A stretch of 64,000 bases of DNA from Fimbriimonadales bacterium (GCA_045862955.1 BTVI01000011.1:21646-85645); one strand, 5' to 3'; numbered from the stretch's first letter, positions 20,682-31,094 are shown. Numbers and translations are program-made. Notes: generated from the letters alone by a model not told the origin.

Positions 20682-23261
20682 ATGGCAACCTTGCACCCCG
20701 TACCGGCTCTGAGCAAGAGCACATATCTCGAAAAGCTACGCTTCATTGCCGACTTCATGGCGGGCCAGTATCTGCCCGACAAGCCGTGGTGGGTCGCGAA
20801 CTCGCCCGAGTACCCATATGTCATGCCTGTCGGCACCATTCAGACCACGGACATCGCCGCGCAAATGATCATCGCGATCGCTGTGCTCAAACAGAATGGC
20901 ATGGCCACCCCGACGCTCATCGCACAGGCAGAAGCTGCTGTGCAGCAGATGATCTGGGTAGCATACCAGCCATCCGGAAAGTACATCGACCGCATCATGG
21001 ACGGCAGTTTCGGCGGCACCCACGGCGCCACATACTGCTGGACATGCGAGGCGCTATCCAGGGCTTACTTCGCTTTCGACAACGTGGACAAGGATCGGAT
21101 TAGGCAGGTCCTCGGCAATCTGTGGATGCATGACCCGAACAGCTGGCAGGCGAGGGAACGGGAGCAGGCGATGAAATGGGGCTTCATCCCGAAATACTAC
21201 TCACACCTGGTGGGAATCCCTGGAATGGCATCACGAATGCAGTCGCATCTCGACACCTACTGCGAAGTCGAGATGGCACCAGGAGCTAGCTACTTCGATG
21301 GTTGGGAATACCATTACGGCCGGTGGAGCCCGCAGACGTTTCACACATCGAACCTCGCCTACTACGCGATACAAGCCGTCGCCGGCATCCGACACTTGGA
21401 TCGCTGGATCGCCGAGGGGCTATTGACCGTCACGCCTGTGCAATTGGACAAGATCCGAAATGGTGCTGCGCACATCCTCGCATCCTTTTCGATGGCGGGG
21501 AACCTGGTGGACGTCGGGCAGTACATCACGTCGCTGGATGGGGGTCTTGCATACCGCTCTCTACAGGGTGTTCGGAATCGGGCCGACGCCATGGCAACCC
21601 TCGCAGTCAATCCATCGCTGCACTGGTGGCCCGAGTTGCCGAACTATTGCCGATACCTGTGCGACCGGTGGCTGGAGCACCTGGGTGCTTTGGATGGCGA
21701 ACTACTCGGCGCCGGTGGAGCACAGCATCCCTGGCCTGGAGTCCCGCCGGTCTGTGAGCATGGGGGGCTGATGTATGTGTCGGGAGAGCCGTCCTACATT
21801 CAGGGACCCAACAGCGCGACTCACACGGTCTCCGAGATGGCCATGGCGCTGGCCACCATCATAGATCTCGGCCCAGCTTTCTTCAGCATTCAGCCGAAAC
21901 ACGTGGACGTGTCGTTCCGTTACAACCATGGTACCAAGGCATCCGTAGTCGTAACGCCTTCGTACGCAGCCGTCTTTCCGTTCGGCAGCCTGCCCGCGCA
22001 GCAGAACTGGCCAGGTAACCGCGGCCCCGTCCCATGCAACATCATTGATGCGAAGGGAGGCATGATCGGCCCGACTACATCCTATGGAGGCGCCGTCATT
22101 CATGCCGATAACGCTGCCAAGATGTTCGCGGCAGGTTATTCTACCGCGACCGGCACTTCCTTTTGGTCTTCGAGGGGGGGTACCACCGGTCCGGACTCGT
22201 TTCGCATCACCGACGCCAGCGGCGTCATCGACTCCTTCGACTATAACCCCCCGCCCCTCGACTTGGTGCAACACCTCAGAACGCAGTGGACCGGAATGGC
22301 CACTGTCACTTCACGAACCACGCTTCGGACCGCTGACGCTTCGGTGGCAGCGCCGTACGATGTCGAGGAGACGTGGACGTGCTATCGCGACTTTCTCCAT
22401 CGCAACGTCCGATGGCGCCTGACCGGTCAGTTGCAGACGAGCGCGACACCATACCTGTACTTTGCGGCTGCACTCAGACCCGGCAGAATCATCGCTTGGT
22501 TCCAAGACGGTGCAGAAACTCTGTGGGACGGTACTACACCTTTGCAGCAGCTGCAGCCCGGTCACAGCATTGCCACTCTGTCACACATCCTGTTCAAGCG
22601 TGACAGCCGCGGTGGTACGGAGTGGAATCACGGGTATGTTGCAGTCCCTCTCTCCTCCAGCTTTGCGTTGCCTACAACGCAGAACAGTGTGCAGGGTAGG
22701 CGCCCTGCAGAGTGGAACCATCCTATCAACCGTTGGTCGGAATGCGGCGTTCGAGTCGTGTACGGGCACTCGGTGCCTCTGCCCGATGCTTCGGAAGCCG
22801 ACTGGTTGCTCATCCCACTTCATCCTTCGAACGGCGACTTCGATTCGACGGCTGCGCGTGCGGCGTTATTCGCACGTACATGGTGGTTGGAGGGACGCAA
22901 CTCCCATGCGTTCCGAATGTTCTTCCCGAATGGCGACAGCTGGGGTGCCACTCATGCCTACGTGCAGGGTGACCAGGATTGTGTCTTTGCGTGGCCCTCC
23001 TCGGGTTACTGTAAGCTATGGGTATCTGCAGGACGTTCCTATCGCCTTCTGACATCGGAAGACACTATCGTCTCCTTGTCCATCGCTGGAATGGACGGCA
23101 CTGTCGTGCGCTTACTCGGCTTGGGACCGGTTCGGGTGATGATGCTCCGGGATGGAAGGGCATCCGTTGGCACGTTCGCACTGCGGGGCGGGACTGTGTA
23201 TGAGTTCGTGTTACAGAAGGTGATGGGGACCCAGGCGCCGCCTCCGACCCAAGACGTGTAG
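20682..23261 (+). CDS. Large hypothetical protein (~860 aa), W/Y/H-rich
   Basis: Uninterrupted 2.6-kb ORF filling the gap between two genes; no motif recognised; start could be 20586. Confidence 0.75.
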   Translation: MATLHPVPALSKSTYLEKLRFIADFMAGQYLPDKPWWVANSPEYPYVMPVGTIQTTDIAAQMIIAIAVLKQNGMATPTLIAQAEAAVQQMIWVAYQPSGKYIDRIMDGSFGGTHGATYCWTCEALSRAYFAFDNVDKDRIRQVLGNLWMHDPNSWQAREREQAMKWGFIPKYYSHLVGIPGMASRMQSHLDTYCEVEMAPGASYFDGWEYHYGRWSPQTFHTSNLAYYAIQAVAGIRHLDRWIAEGLLTVTPVQLDKIRNGAAHILASFSMAGNLVDVGQYITSLDGGLAYRSLQGVRNRADAMATLAVNPSLHWWPELPNYCRYLCDRWLEHLGALDGELLGAGGAQHPWPGVPPVCEHGGLMYVSGEPSYIQGPNSATHTVSEMAMALATIIDLGPAFFSIQPKHVDVSFRYNHGTKASVVVTPSYAAVFPFGSLPAQQNWPGNRGPVPCNIIDAKGGMIGPTTSYGGAVIHADNAAKMFAAGYSTATGTSFWSSRGGTTGPDSFRITDASGVIDSFDYNPPPLDLVQHLRTQWTGMATVTSRTTLRTADASVAAPYDVEETWTCYRDFLHRNVRWRLTGQLQTSATPYLYFAAALRPGRIIAWFQDGAETLWDGTTPLQQLQPGHSIATLSHILFKRDSRGGTEWNHGYVAVPLSSSFALPTTQNSVQGRRPAEWNHPINRWSECGVRVVYGHSVPLPDASEADWLLIPLHPSNGDFDSTAARAALFARTWWLEGRNSHAFRMFFPNGDSWGATHAYVQGDQDCVFAWPSSGYCKLWVSAGRSYRLLTSEDTIVSLSIAGMDGTVVRLLGLGPVRVMMLRDGRASVGTFALRGGTVYEFVLQKVMGTQAPPPTQDV

Positions 23262-23274
23262 CCGAGCTGCGCTA

Positions 23275-25095
23275 TCAAGCTTCCTGGAGGTATTCCTTGA
23301 TGCGGCGGGCCATGCTCTCTGTCATCGTAGGTACGGCGGCTAGCGCCTGAATGGGAGCATCCCTGATCGCCGCAACCGAACCGAAGGTGCGAAGTAGCAG
23401 CCTCCTCCTTCTCGGACCCACTCCCGGAATCTCCTCGAGCACCGAACCCACCGCCCGCTTTGCCCGCAGCTTCCGGTGATAGCTCAACGCGAACCGGTGC
23501 GCCTCGTCCCGGAGCCGACGTAGCAGCATCAAGCCGCGCGAGTTGGCCGGCAAAGCAAGGGGCTCAGGGTCGCCGGGACGGAAGATGAGTTCCTGTCGTT
23601 TGGCCAGACCGACTGCGGGCACAGACAGCTCGACCTCCGACATCGCCTGAAGCGCGGCATTGAGCTGTCCCTTCCCCCCGTCTATCACCATCAGGTCCGG
23701 CAGCTTGGCAAACTTCTCGTCGCCCTCGACAGCGGAGCGGAGCCTGCGCAGAATCACCTCTCGCATCATCGCGAAGTCGTCCGGGCTCTCCGGATTGAAG
23801 CGGATTCGGAACCTCCGATACTCGTCTTTCGCGGCCTCGCCGTTCTCCATCACTACCATGCTTCCCACGGGTACAGTGCCTTGGATGTTCGAGATGTCGT
23901 AACACTCGATCCGCATGGGCAGCGTATCCAAACCTAACACTTCTTGCAGCTCTGTCAGCGCCTGATCCGCCCAGGCCTCTCGTTGCTCCAGGTCGCTGCG
24001 GAACTCTGCCAAGGCGAGCTCGGCATTGTTCGCTGCCATCTCTACGAGCTCTAGCTTCTTCCCACCCCTCGGCACGTTCACCGTCACCGTAGTGCCGCTC
24101 TTCTGGCGTAACCACTGCTGAACGATGTTCCGCTCCTCGATCTCCACCGGCAACAACACCTCCCGCGGCACCTCAGCAGCGTCGGCATAGAATTGCTTCA
24201 CGAATTGCTGCACCGCGAGCTCGGGGCTGTCGTCGGGCCCGGCATCCAAGAAGAAACTCCGCTGGCCCACCAGTTTCCCGGACCGTACGTAGAACATCTG
24301 CACGCACGCTCCTCGCTCGTCCTTCACCAAAGCCACGACGTCTTGGTCGGCATCCGGATCCCCCAGGACCTTCTGCCTTTGCATCACCGCCTCGATGCTC
24401 GCCAGCTTGTCGCGAAGCGAGGCCGCACGCTCGAACTCCATGGCCTCCGCAGCTTCCTCCATCTCGCGGCGTATGCGTTGGGACAGTTCCTCCTGACGCC
24501 CTTCCAAGAACAGGATCACGTTTCGGATCACATCACGGTACCGCCGCCGATCCGATAGCCCGGCACACGGGCCGAGGCACTGCCCGAGGTGGTAGTACAG
24601 ACAAGGTCGCTGCTCCTTCTTGTTCGTCCACACTTTCTGGCATGGGATGAGTGGAAAGAGCTTGTGTAGAAGGCGAACCGTGTCCCTGACGGCGTAGGCA
24701 CTGCTGAACGGGCCGAAGTAGCGCGTGCCCCCCTTCTTGCGGAGCCTCGTGAACATCACGCGAGGGAAGGGCTCGCCGAGCGTGACCGCGATGTACGGGT
24801 AGGACTTGTCGTCCCGCAAGCGCACGTTGAATGGCGGCCTGTAGCGCTTGATCAGGTTGCACTCCAGCACAAGCGCCTCTAGCTCGGTGTCCGTTACGAA
24901 AGTCTCCAGGTCCGCGACGCGGGACACCAACCGCGCCACCTTCAGCGAGTGCCTGGCCGACTTCTGGAAGTAGGAGCGGACTCTCGAGCGCAACGACACG
25001 GCTTTGCCCACGTAGAGCACCTCGCCGTCCGCGCCGCGAAAGAGATAGCAGCCCGGCTTATTGGGCAAAGCCTTCAGCTTGGCGGCTAGCTCCAT
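23275..25095 (-). CDS. uvrC: Excinuclease ABC subunit C
   Basis: PGCY...YVGKA GIY-YIG domain, LRDDKSYPY, IECYDIS, IDGGKGQ, RDEAHRFA, HhH tail. Confidence 0.96.
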   Translation of the reverse strand: MELAAKLKALPNKPGCYLFRGADGEVLYVGKAVSLRSRVRSYFQKSARHSLKVARLVSRVADLETFVTDTELEALVLECNLIKRYRPPFNVRLRDDKSYPYIAVTLGEPFPRVMFTRLRKKGGTRYFGPFSSAYAVRDTVRLLHKLFPLIPCQKVWTNKKEQRPCLYYHLGQCLGPCAGLSDRRRYRDVIRNVILFLEGRQEELSQRIRREMEEAAEAMEFERAASLRDKLASIEAVMQRQKVLGDPDADQDVVALVKDERGACVQMFYVRSGKLVGQRSFFLDAGPDDSPELAVQQFVKQFYADAAEVPREVLLPVEIEERNIVQQWLRQKSGTTVTVNVPRGGKKLELVEMAANNAELALAEFRSDLEQREAWADQALTELQEVLGLDTLPMRIECYDISNIQGTVPVGSMVVMENGEAAKDEYRRFRIRFNPESPDDFAMMREVILRRLRSAVEGDEKFAKLPDLMVIDGGKGQLNAALQAMSEVELSVPAVGLAKRQELIFRPGDPEPLALPANSRGLMLLRRLRDEAHRFALSYHRKLRAKRAVGSVLEEIPGVGPRRRRLLLRTFGSVAAIRDAPIQALAAVPTMTESMARRIKEYLQEA

Positions 25096-25127
25096 GCTCC
25101 TCTCACCGTTCCTAGGGTAACGCAGAT

Positions 25128-25233
25128 TCGTGAGAACAGACGCGGCAGGAGGCAGCGGAATCGCTCGTGCAAAGTTTCGCCGAGTGACCAGAAATATGGC
25201 CGGTGCGCACCAATCTTGTGACGCCAAGCGCGG
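25128..25233. promoter_or_regulatory. Degenerate Rex-like boxes upstream of malic enzyme 2 / uvrC
   Basis: TCGTG-N8-CGCGG (25128), TCGTGCAAAGTTTCGCCG (25165; shares TCGTGC-N4-TTTCGC with the nuo site), TTGTG-N8-CGCGG (25216). Confidence 0.4.
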
Positions 25234-25293
25234 ACTCTCGTGCAATTCGCTTGCCGTTTGGGGCAGAATCGGGCCCAAGGAGCGACAGTCAGA

Positions 25294-26682
25294 ATGATCA
25301 CTACAGGTTCACCGTCCTATAGTTTAACCCTTCGGATACGACTTCCGAACCGCCCGGGGTCGTTCGCGTTGGTGGCGGAGGCCATCGGGTCTACCGGCGC
25401 CGTCCTTGGCTCGATCGACCTAGTATCCGCCGACCGCAACAACAAGGTACGGGACGTCGTAGTCCTCGCGAGCAGCGAAGAGCACGAACAGAAGGTGGTG
25501 GCGGCAGTCAAGGCCGTGCCTGGAGTGAAGGTCCTGCACGTGCACGACCGCACCACCCAAGTGCACATCGGCGGCAAGCTAGAAATCCACTCGAAGCGGC
25601 CCCTTCGCAATTATGACGACCTCTCCATGGTGTACACCCCTGGGGTCGCACGCATCTGCAAGATGACCGAAAAGGACCCCGCTGCGATGCGACAGCTCAC
25701 GATCAAGGGAAACTCGGTCGCTGTGGTCACCGACGGCACGGCGGTCCTGGGCCTTGGGGATATCGGCCCATGTGGTGCCATGCCGGTGATGGAGGGCAAG
25801 GCGGTCCTGTTCAAGGAGTTCGGAAACGTGGACGCCTATCCCATCTGCCTCGCGACCAAGGACGTGGACGAGATCGTCAGGACGGTGGTGAACATCTCGC
25901 CCGGTTTCGGCGGCATCAACCTCGAGGACATCTCTGCACCTCGCTGCTTCGATGTGGAAGAGCGCCTTATCAAGGAGTGTGACATTCCGATCTTCCACGA
26001 CGATCAGCACGGAACTGCAGTGGTTGTACTGGCCGCGCTTCTGAACGCTCTGAAGGTGGTGGGCAAGTCCATCTCCGAACTGCGAATCGCGGTCGCCGGA
26101 GCTGGCGCATCGGGCACTGCGGTCACATCGCTGCTGATCGACGCCGGAGTGAAGGACATCGTGTGCGTTGGACGAACCGGCATCCTTCATCCCGACGAAG
26201 TCAAGGATGCGCATCCGAAGCGGCGCTGGTTGGCCGAAGTGACCAACCCGAGGCGTATCAAGGGCAGCCTTGCCGATGCGGTACGTGGGGCGAACATGTT
26301 TATCGGGCTGGCCCAGGCAGGGCTTCTCACTGTGGACATGCTGAAGACGATGGCACCGGAGCCGATCATCTTCGCCATGTCGAACCCAGTGCCGGAGATC
26401 ATGCCGGAAGAGGCCGCACCCTATGCACGCATCATCGCGACGGGCCGGTCCGACTATCCCAACCAGATCAACAACGTTTTGTGCTTCCCCGGGTTCTTCC
26501 GAGGAATGCTGGATTGCGGCGCGCGCAAGGTGACGACCGAGATGAAACTCGCGGCCGCGCACGCCATCGCCAACAGCATCCCGGAGGACCACCTATCGGA
26601 GGAGCTCATCATCCCGAGCGTGTTCAACAAGCACGTGGGGCGGGACGTTGCTCGCGCAGTCGCATCGGTTGCTTGCGAATAG
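25294..26682 (+). CDS. NAD(P)-dependent malic enzyme with N-terminal ACT domain (copy 2)
   Basis: Same motifs as copy 1 and similar over the full length; AAGGAG upstream. Confidence 0.92.
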   Translation: MITTGSPSYSLTLRIRLPNRPGSFALVAEAIGSTGAVLGSIDLVSADRNNKVRDVVVLASSEEHEQKVVAAVKAVPGVKVLHVHDRTTQVHIGGKLEIHSKRPLRNYDDLSMVYTPGVARICKMTEKDPAAMRQLTIKGNSVAVVTDGTAVLGLGDIGPCGAMPVMEGKAVLFKEFGNVDAYPICLATKDVDEIVRTVVNISPGFGGINLEDISAPRCFDVEERLIKECDIPIFHDDQHGTAVVVLAALLNALKVVGKSISELRIAVAGAGASGTAVTSLLIDAGVKDIVCVGRTGILHPDEVKDAHPKRRWLAEVTNPRRIKGSLADAVRGANMFIGLAQAGLLTVDMLKTMAPEPIIFAMSNPVPEIMPEEAAPYARIIATGRSDYPNQINNVLCFPGFFRGMLDCGARKVTTEMKLAAAHAIANSIPEDHLSEELIIPSVFNKHVGRDVARAVASVACE

Positions 26683-26683
26683 C
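26620..26683 (+). repeat. Direct repeat copy A: the last 20 sense codons plus stop of malic enzyme 2
   Basis: 52/64 identical to 28496-28559 by ungapped hand alignment. Confidence 0.9.
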
Positions 26684-28372
26684 TTAGGCGCCCGACACCG
26701 AGGGCAACCCGCAGTCGCGACGCCTATCCCGACCCGAACTCGCTACCGCCGACGGAGCAGCCATTGCTAGCAACGAAAGCACCGTAAGCAGAGAGGGCTC
26801 GGGCACTAGCGTCGAGAGCCACAGGTTGTAGCGGTAGCTGCCTCCTGCATACTCCTTGTAGAGCCAAAGCACGTCGCCCAGTTCGTTGGTCGCCCATGCC
26901 TCGGGGACGGGGGCGTTCGGGATGCCCGCATCCGCCGAGAGGTTGAGCGAGCCTACGGACAAGCCGCTCTGCAGGCTTCCGTACCCATACCACAGCGGTG
27001 ACTCGCCTGCAAAGCCGAAGGCATACGCCAACCTGCCACTCCCGAGCAGCCCCGCCGAGAGGTTCTCTGGCTCCCGAGGGTCCGGCGGGTAACGCGTCCC
27101 GAAGTAGATGTTCCCGTCCTTGCCCATGGCTCTCGAGATCAGGTCGGTGCGGTGGATCGCCCGTCGGCGGTCACCGTCCCACAACTCCCACAGCTCGGTG
27201 CCGTTGGTGTCGAGCGCGTGGGTGTAAGCCCCTTCCTGTGTCATGACCATGGCCAGGAAGGTGCCCTGCGGATTGAACGCGAGGCAGGCTGTAGCGTCCA
27301 CGTTCGTGATTTCCGTGCCCGGGTCGCGTTCCGACTCGAACATCATCGCGGAGGCGCCAGGCGGGCCCCACGCCTTGACGAAAGCGCCGCGGTACGGCGT
27401 ACCGCTCGCACCAGTGTCCGAAGTAGACGCTGCCGTCCGGCAATCACCACCGCCGAGCTCTCCACCGGGCCCAGCGGGCCGCCCGTTCACAGAACTCACG
27501 AACCACTGCTGCGATGGCGCCTGCCCGTCGTCCCGGACAGCCCAGAGGGTGCCGCTCTGCGAAACCAGTTGCCCCTGCTCATTCCTTGCGATGTCCCACG
27601 TCCCGAAGTACACCATGCCCCCCGCGCCGACACAAGGCGACGACATGGCAAGGGAGAAGCCCGGTCCTGCCGTCCCGTCGAAGTCGGGCCGGTAGCGCCA
27701 CTTGACTTCGGGGTAGTGTACCGGGGACTGCTCACGTCCCGGATCGCATACAGCGTTCCGCTCTTGGCGTAGGTGGAGTTGTCCAAGTTTCCGGCATGAG
27801 CTGTGACGTAGATAGTACCGTCGGGGCCGATCGCGGGGTTGCCGAGCTCCACGTTGTCCATCCGCGGGGCCTCACCATCATAGGCATCCATGTGCAGCTG
27901 ACACACCCCGCGCCCGTTACGGTCGAGGGCTAGTAGCAGGCCGGGAGCCTGCATCCGATTGCCGTCATATACTGGAATGTACAGACACCCATCGCTCCGC
28001 ACTGCGGGACCGGACTCCGTGAATTACTCGATCTCCCTCGATAGGCGCCCTAGGAGCGTGGGTACAGGGACCTTGGCGTCCGAGGTGAGGACGACACCAC
28101 GCTCGACGGAGTCGGACCAGAGGTGGTAAGGAGGCTGGTACTCCCAACGATGGTTCGGCAGTCGCACCCTCCACCGCACTCGGTCACCTGGCCCCGTGAT
28201 GCCGCTGGGCATCGTCTGTACGGCTTTGGCAGAGTTCATGTTGTCGTGCGCCCGCCTAGGCCAAGGCGCAAAAGGGGTCGAGCTGCGCGGGGACGCACAG
28301 CGGGATCGAAGCGAGGGCTACCCCCCACAGAAGGAGGACGGACACCCTGGTCGCCAGGCAACTTTGCTTCAC
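26684..28372 (-). pseudogene. Disrupted secreted PQQ-like beta-propeller protein with PEP-CTERM tail
   Basis: Reconstructed across frames: signal peptide MKQSCLATRVSVLLLWGVALA, then APWPRRAHDNMNS, in-frame TAA at 28024-28026, PAIGPDGTIYV, EVKWRY, PDGSVYFG, KDGNIYFG, VPEPS plus hydrophobic and basic tail; about 5 frameshifts. Confidence 0.75.
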
Positions 28373-28495
28373 GGCGCCAGCCTCGTACACTGTGCCCACC
28401 TGCGGCGACCGCCGAGGCGGGTGGATACTTCGCTGGGTATTCTATCAGTGCCGCATCGGTCTGTCCAGCCCTTCGGCTAGCTAACAATGCATGAT

Positions 28496-28559
28496 GTGTT
28501 CAACTAGCACGTGGGACGAGACGTAGCGCACGCAGTCGCATGGGTCGCCTGTGGGTAGC
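28496..28559 (+). repeat. Direct repeat copy B: dead remnant of a malic enzyme 3' end
   Basis: Translates VFN*HVGRDVAHAVAWVACG* versus [20 protein letters not shown]. Confidence 0.88.
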
Positions 28560-28615
28560 CGCGGTCGTAGCCTATTACGTAGTGTCCTGCCGGTCCGAGG
28601 TACGGCGCATGCAAA

Positions 28616-28641
28616 GGGCCCTCGCGCTAGCGCGAGGGCCC
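28616..28641 (-). terminator. Perfect 26-bp palindrome, likely terminator of the PEP-CTERM gene
   Basis: GGGCCCTCGCGCTAGCGCGAGGGCCC, ~20 nt past the stop, followed by only TTTG on the minus strand. Confidence 0.55.
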
Positions 28642-28660
28642 GAGTTTCTGGTACGAATAG

Positions 28661-29308
28661 CTATCTTCTTCGGCGACCGCGCACGATGAGTGCGCTCGCG
28701 CCCATTAGCAGCATGGCGATCGATCCGGGCTCGGGCACTGCCTCCAGGAACCGAACTTCCGAGAGGCCCACGTGTCCGGCCGAGTCGCCTCCGCCGTAGT
28801 AGCTCATAATGTCGAACTTCACGTAGCGAGTGCCTCGAAGGGGGGTCTCGAAGCTGATCCGCTGGCCGGTGTAGTCAGCCGTTCCCGTGGCGATGTCGAA
28901 CACGTGCACGCCGTGACTGATCCACTCCGAACCATCGAGTGAGGTCAGGATGTCTACGTCCTTCGCCCCACGACCCGTGTAGGAGCCGTTCTGGTTAACA
29001 TAGTTGAAGTTCCAGACGTGAATCGCGCCGAGGTCGTATACGTCGCCAAGATCGAAAGCGATGACGGCGGTGCCCAACCAGGGCTGCGTTTCCCAGTAGT
29101 AGGAATCTACGGGGGCATTGGAGTGGCAGGCTGGCTCGACCGAGGTGTCAAGACCGTTGCCATTGATAATGTTCTCTGCCGGCATCGTGTACCACTCGCT
29201 GGAAACGTAATGGATGCTTACACCGGTGATCTCCTGCGCACTTACGGCAGTAACACAAGCCAGACTACCTGCCAGGCCGATGAGGAGAGACAAGGTCGCC
29301 TTTGTCAT
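28661..29308 (-). CDS. PEP-CTERM protein with discoidin/F5-8-type-C-like domain
   Basis: Signal peptide MTKATLSLLIGLAGSLACVTAVSA; IAFDLG, IHVWN, TRYVKF, GLSEVRF; VPEPGSIAMLLMGASALIVRGRRRR. Confidence 0.85.
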   Translation of the reverse strand: MTKATLSLLIGLAGSLACVTAVSAQEITGVSIHYVSSEWYTMPAENIINGNGLDTSVEPACHSNAPVDSYYWETQPWLGTAVIAFDLGDVYDLGAIHVWNFNYVNQNGSYTGRGAKDVDILTSLDGSEWISHGVHVFDIATGTADYTGQRISFETPLRGTRYVKFDIMSYYGGGDSAGHVGLSEVRFLEAVPEPGSIAMLLMGASALIVRGRRRR

Positions 29309-29456
29309 GGAGCTATCGCCTCTGATTATCAAAGTGGCGGCATACTCCGCCCAGGTCGCGCTGGATCGGAGAACCACTGGGGCGACTGCATGGCGCGTGC
29401 CATTCAGGAGGCCGAACCAAGATACGACGGAGCAGACGTCGTCGAGGGTCCGGGAC

Positions 29457-30578
29457 TCAGAGGTCCAGCAAGTACCCGGCAATCGCCTTCGCACGCTCGG
29501 ACCAGGAGTTGGCGGCGGCAGCCGCGCGGCGTGCCTCTGCGCGCTCCGGGTGGGCGAGTTCATCCTCGATTGCTTCGACGAAGCCCTGCGCGTCTGCCGC
29601 GACTCGCACCGTGGAGCCAGCCGCTTCAGCGAAGGGAAGCGGGGTCGTAACCACGCCCTTACCCGCCGCCAGGTACTCGTACAGCTTGAGCGGGGACACG
29701 CCCTCGGTGTAAGGGTTGATGCCATAAGGGATTATTCCGACATCCATTGCTGCCACGTACGCGGGTAGCACGTCATACGGGCGGAAGCCCAGGTAGTGCA
29801 GATTCGGGGCAGATGGCAGGGCAGTCTCGGCGGTGTCGTCACATACTCCCACTTTGCCTACCAGCACGAAGCTCCACGTTGGGCGCAGTCGCGCCAGGTC
29901 TGCCAGCAGCGAGAAGTCCACCTTGTAGGCATCCACCGCACCCGAGAACCCGACGATAGGACGGGGCAGCTCCGCAAGCTCGTCTGGCACTGGCAGGTCC
30001 GTTCGAGCAAAGTGATCGTAGTCCACCCCGTTCGGCACGAGTAGGTGCCTCGGGTTCAGGTGCTTGCGCTGCTCGAGCAGTTTCGGATTGCTAGCGAACA
30101 CTGCCACTGCTTCTCGACACAGCCTCTCATCTTCTCGCCTGCACCCCTCCGGATCTGCGGCATAGAATGGCATGGTCGGATAGTCGTCGATCACTCGATA
30201 AGCGAATGGCAGCTCCGGGAAAATCTCACGAAACCGCGCCTCGTTCGGGCTGAAGATCAGTAGGTACGCAGGCTCCTCCCCCCATAGCCGCTTGGCGGAA
30301 TCTAGCACGGCACGTCTCATGATCTTTCGCTCCATACTCGCTGTTAGTGCGACGCGAGCAGGTAGGGAAGGGACATATGTAATTACGGTCAGGTTCTCGC
30401 GCGGCGAGCGGCTGTCGGTGCGACCCCATTGCCAGGGTTGCAGCGTGCGGGCGTTTTGCCTGTCACGGACCTCCACCAGCATCACCCTATGCCCGATAGC
30501 AGCGAGAGCTCGTGGTAGTAGCACCGGGTTCGTTGGTATGGCTGGGTCCGCGTTGCCGACGAAGGAGATGAAGTTCAT
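29457..30578 (-). CDS. GT-B glycosyltransferase (GT4/TuaH-like)
   Basis: VPNGVDYDHF, SPLKLYEYLAAGK, NSWSER. Confidence 0.85.
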   Translation of the reverse strand: MNFISFVGNADPAIPTNPVLLPRALAAIGHRVMLVEVRDRQNARTLQPWQWGRTDSRSPRENLTVITYVPSLPARVALTASMERKIMRRAVLDSAKRLWGEEPAYLLIFSPNEARFREIFPELPFAYRVIDDYPTMPFYAADPEGCRREDERLCREAVAVFASNPKLLEQRKHLNPRHLLVPNGVDYDHFARTDLPVPDELAELPRPIVGFSGAVDAYKVDFSLLADLARLRPTWSFVLVGKVGVCDDTAETALPSAPNLHYLGFRPYDVLPAYVAAMDVGIIPYGINPYTEGVSPLKLYEYLAAGKGVVTTPLPFAEAAGSTVRVAADAQGFVEAIEDELAHPERAEARRAAAAANSWSERAKAIAGYLLDL

Positions 30579-31094
30579 CTACGGTTCGTCTTCGTCCAGC
30601 AGCCCGGGAATGGGGTGGATCACAATGCGCCCACCCTTTAGGTCGATCTGCGTGACGATGTGCTTCACCACCGGGATCAGAATGCCTGCGACTTCATACA
30701 CGTCGTTGGCGGCGTTGTGGTGGATGTGCTCCAAATTACCTAACAGCCTGCCATCGTCCGTCCACACGGGCAGGCCAATCAAGTCGTCATCGTAGTAGTG
30801 GTCGGGGGGCAGGTTTGCGCGCTCCGAGTCGGGAAGGAACAACTCCATGCCGCGTAGTGGTTCCACGTCCTCCACACTCTCCACGCCCTCGAACTTAACC
30901 AGTACCCGCCCCTTATGCCACCGTGCAGTGGCCACTCGCATCTCGTGTGCCGTGGAGGGATTTCGGCCGACCCAACAGCGCAGACCCGGCTCGTATCGCT
31001 CTGGCAGATCGGTCAAGCACTCGACCTTGGCCTCTCCCCGAAGCCCAAAAGGGGCCACTATCTGGCCGATCACGAACCACCCAGTTCGCGCCAC
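30579..31094 (-). CDS. rimM: 16S rRNA processing protein RimM
   Basis: IGQIVAPFGLRGE, YYDDDLIG, ANDVY, LIP; follows rpsP-khpA. Confidence 0.92.
   Translation of the reverse strand: MARTGWFVIGQIVAPFGLRGEAKVECLTDLPERYEPGLRCWVGRNPSTAHEMRVATARWHKGRVLVKFEGVESVEDVEPLRGMELFLPDSERANLPPDHYYDDDLIGLPVWTDDGRLLGNLEHIHHNAANDVYEVAGILIPVVKHIVTQIDLKGGRIVIHPIPGLLDEDEP

Noticed and set aside
26620..28559. Diversity-generating retroelement TR/VR pair
   Set aside because: Mismatches are not confined to adenines, are mostly synonymous, and no reverse transcriptase is in the window.
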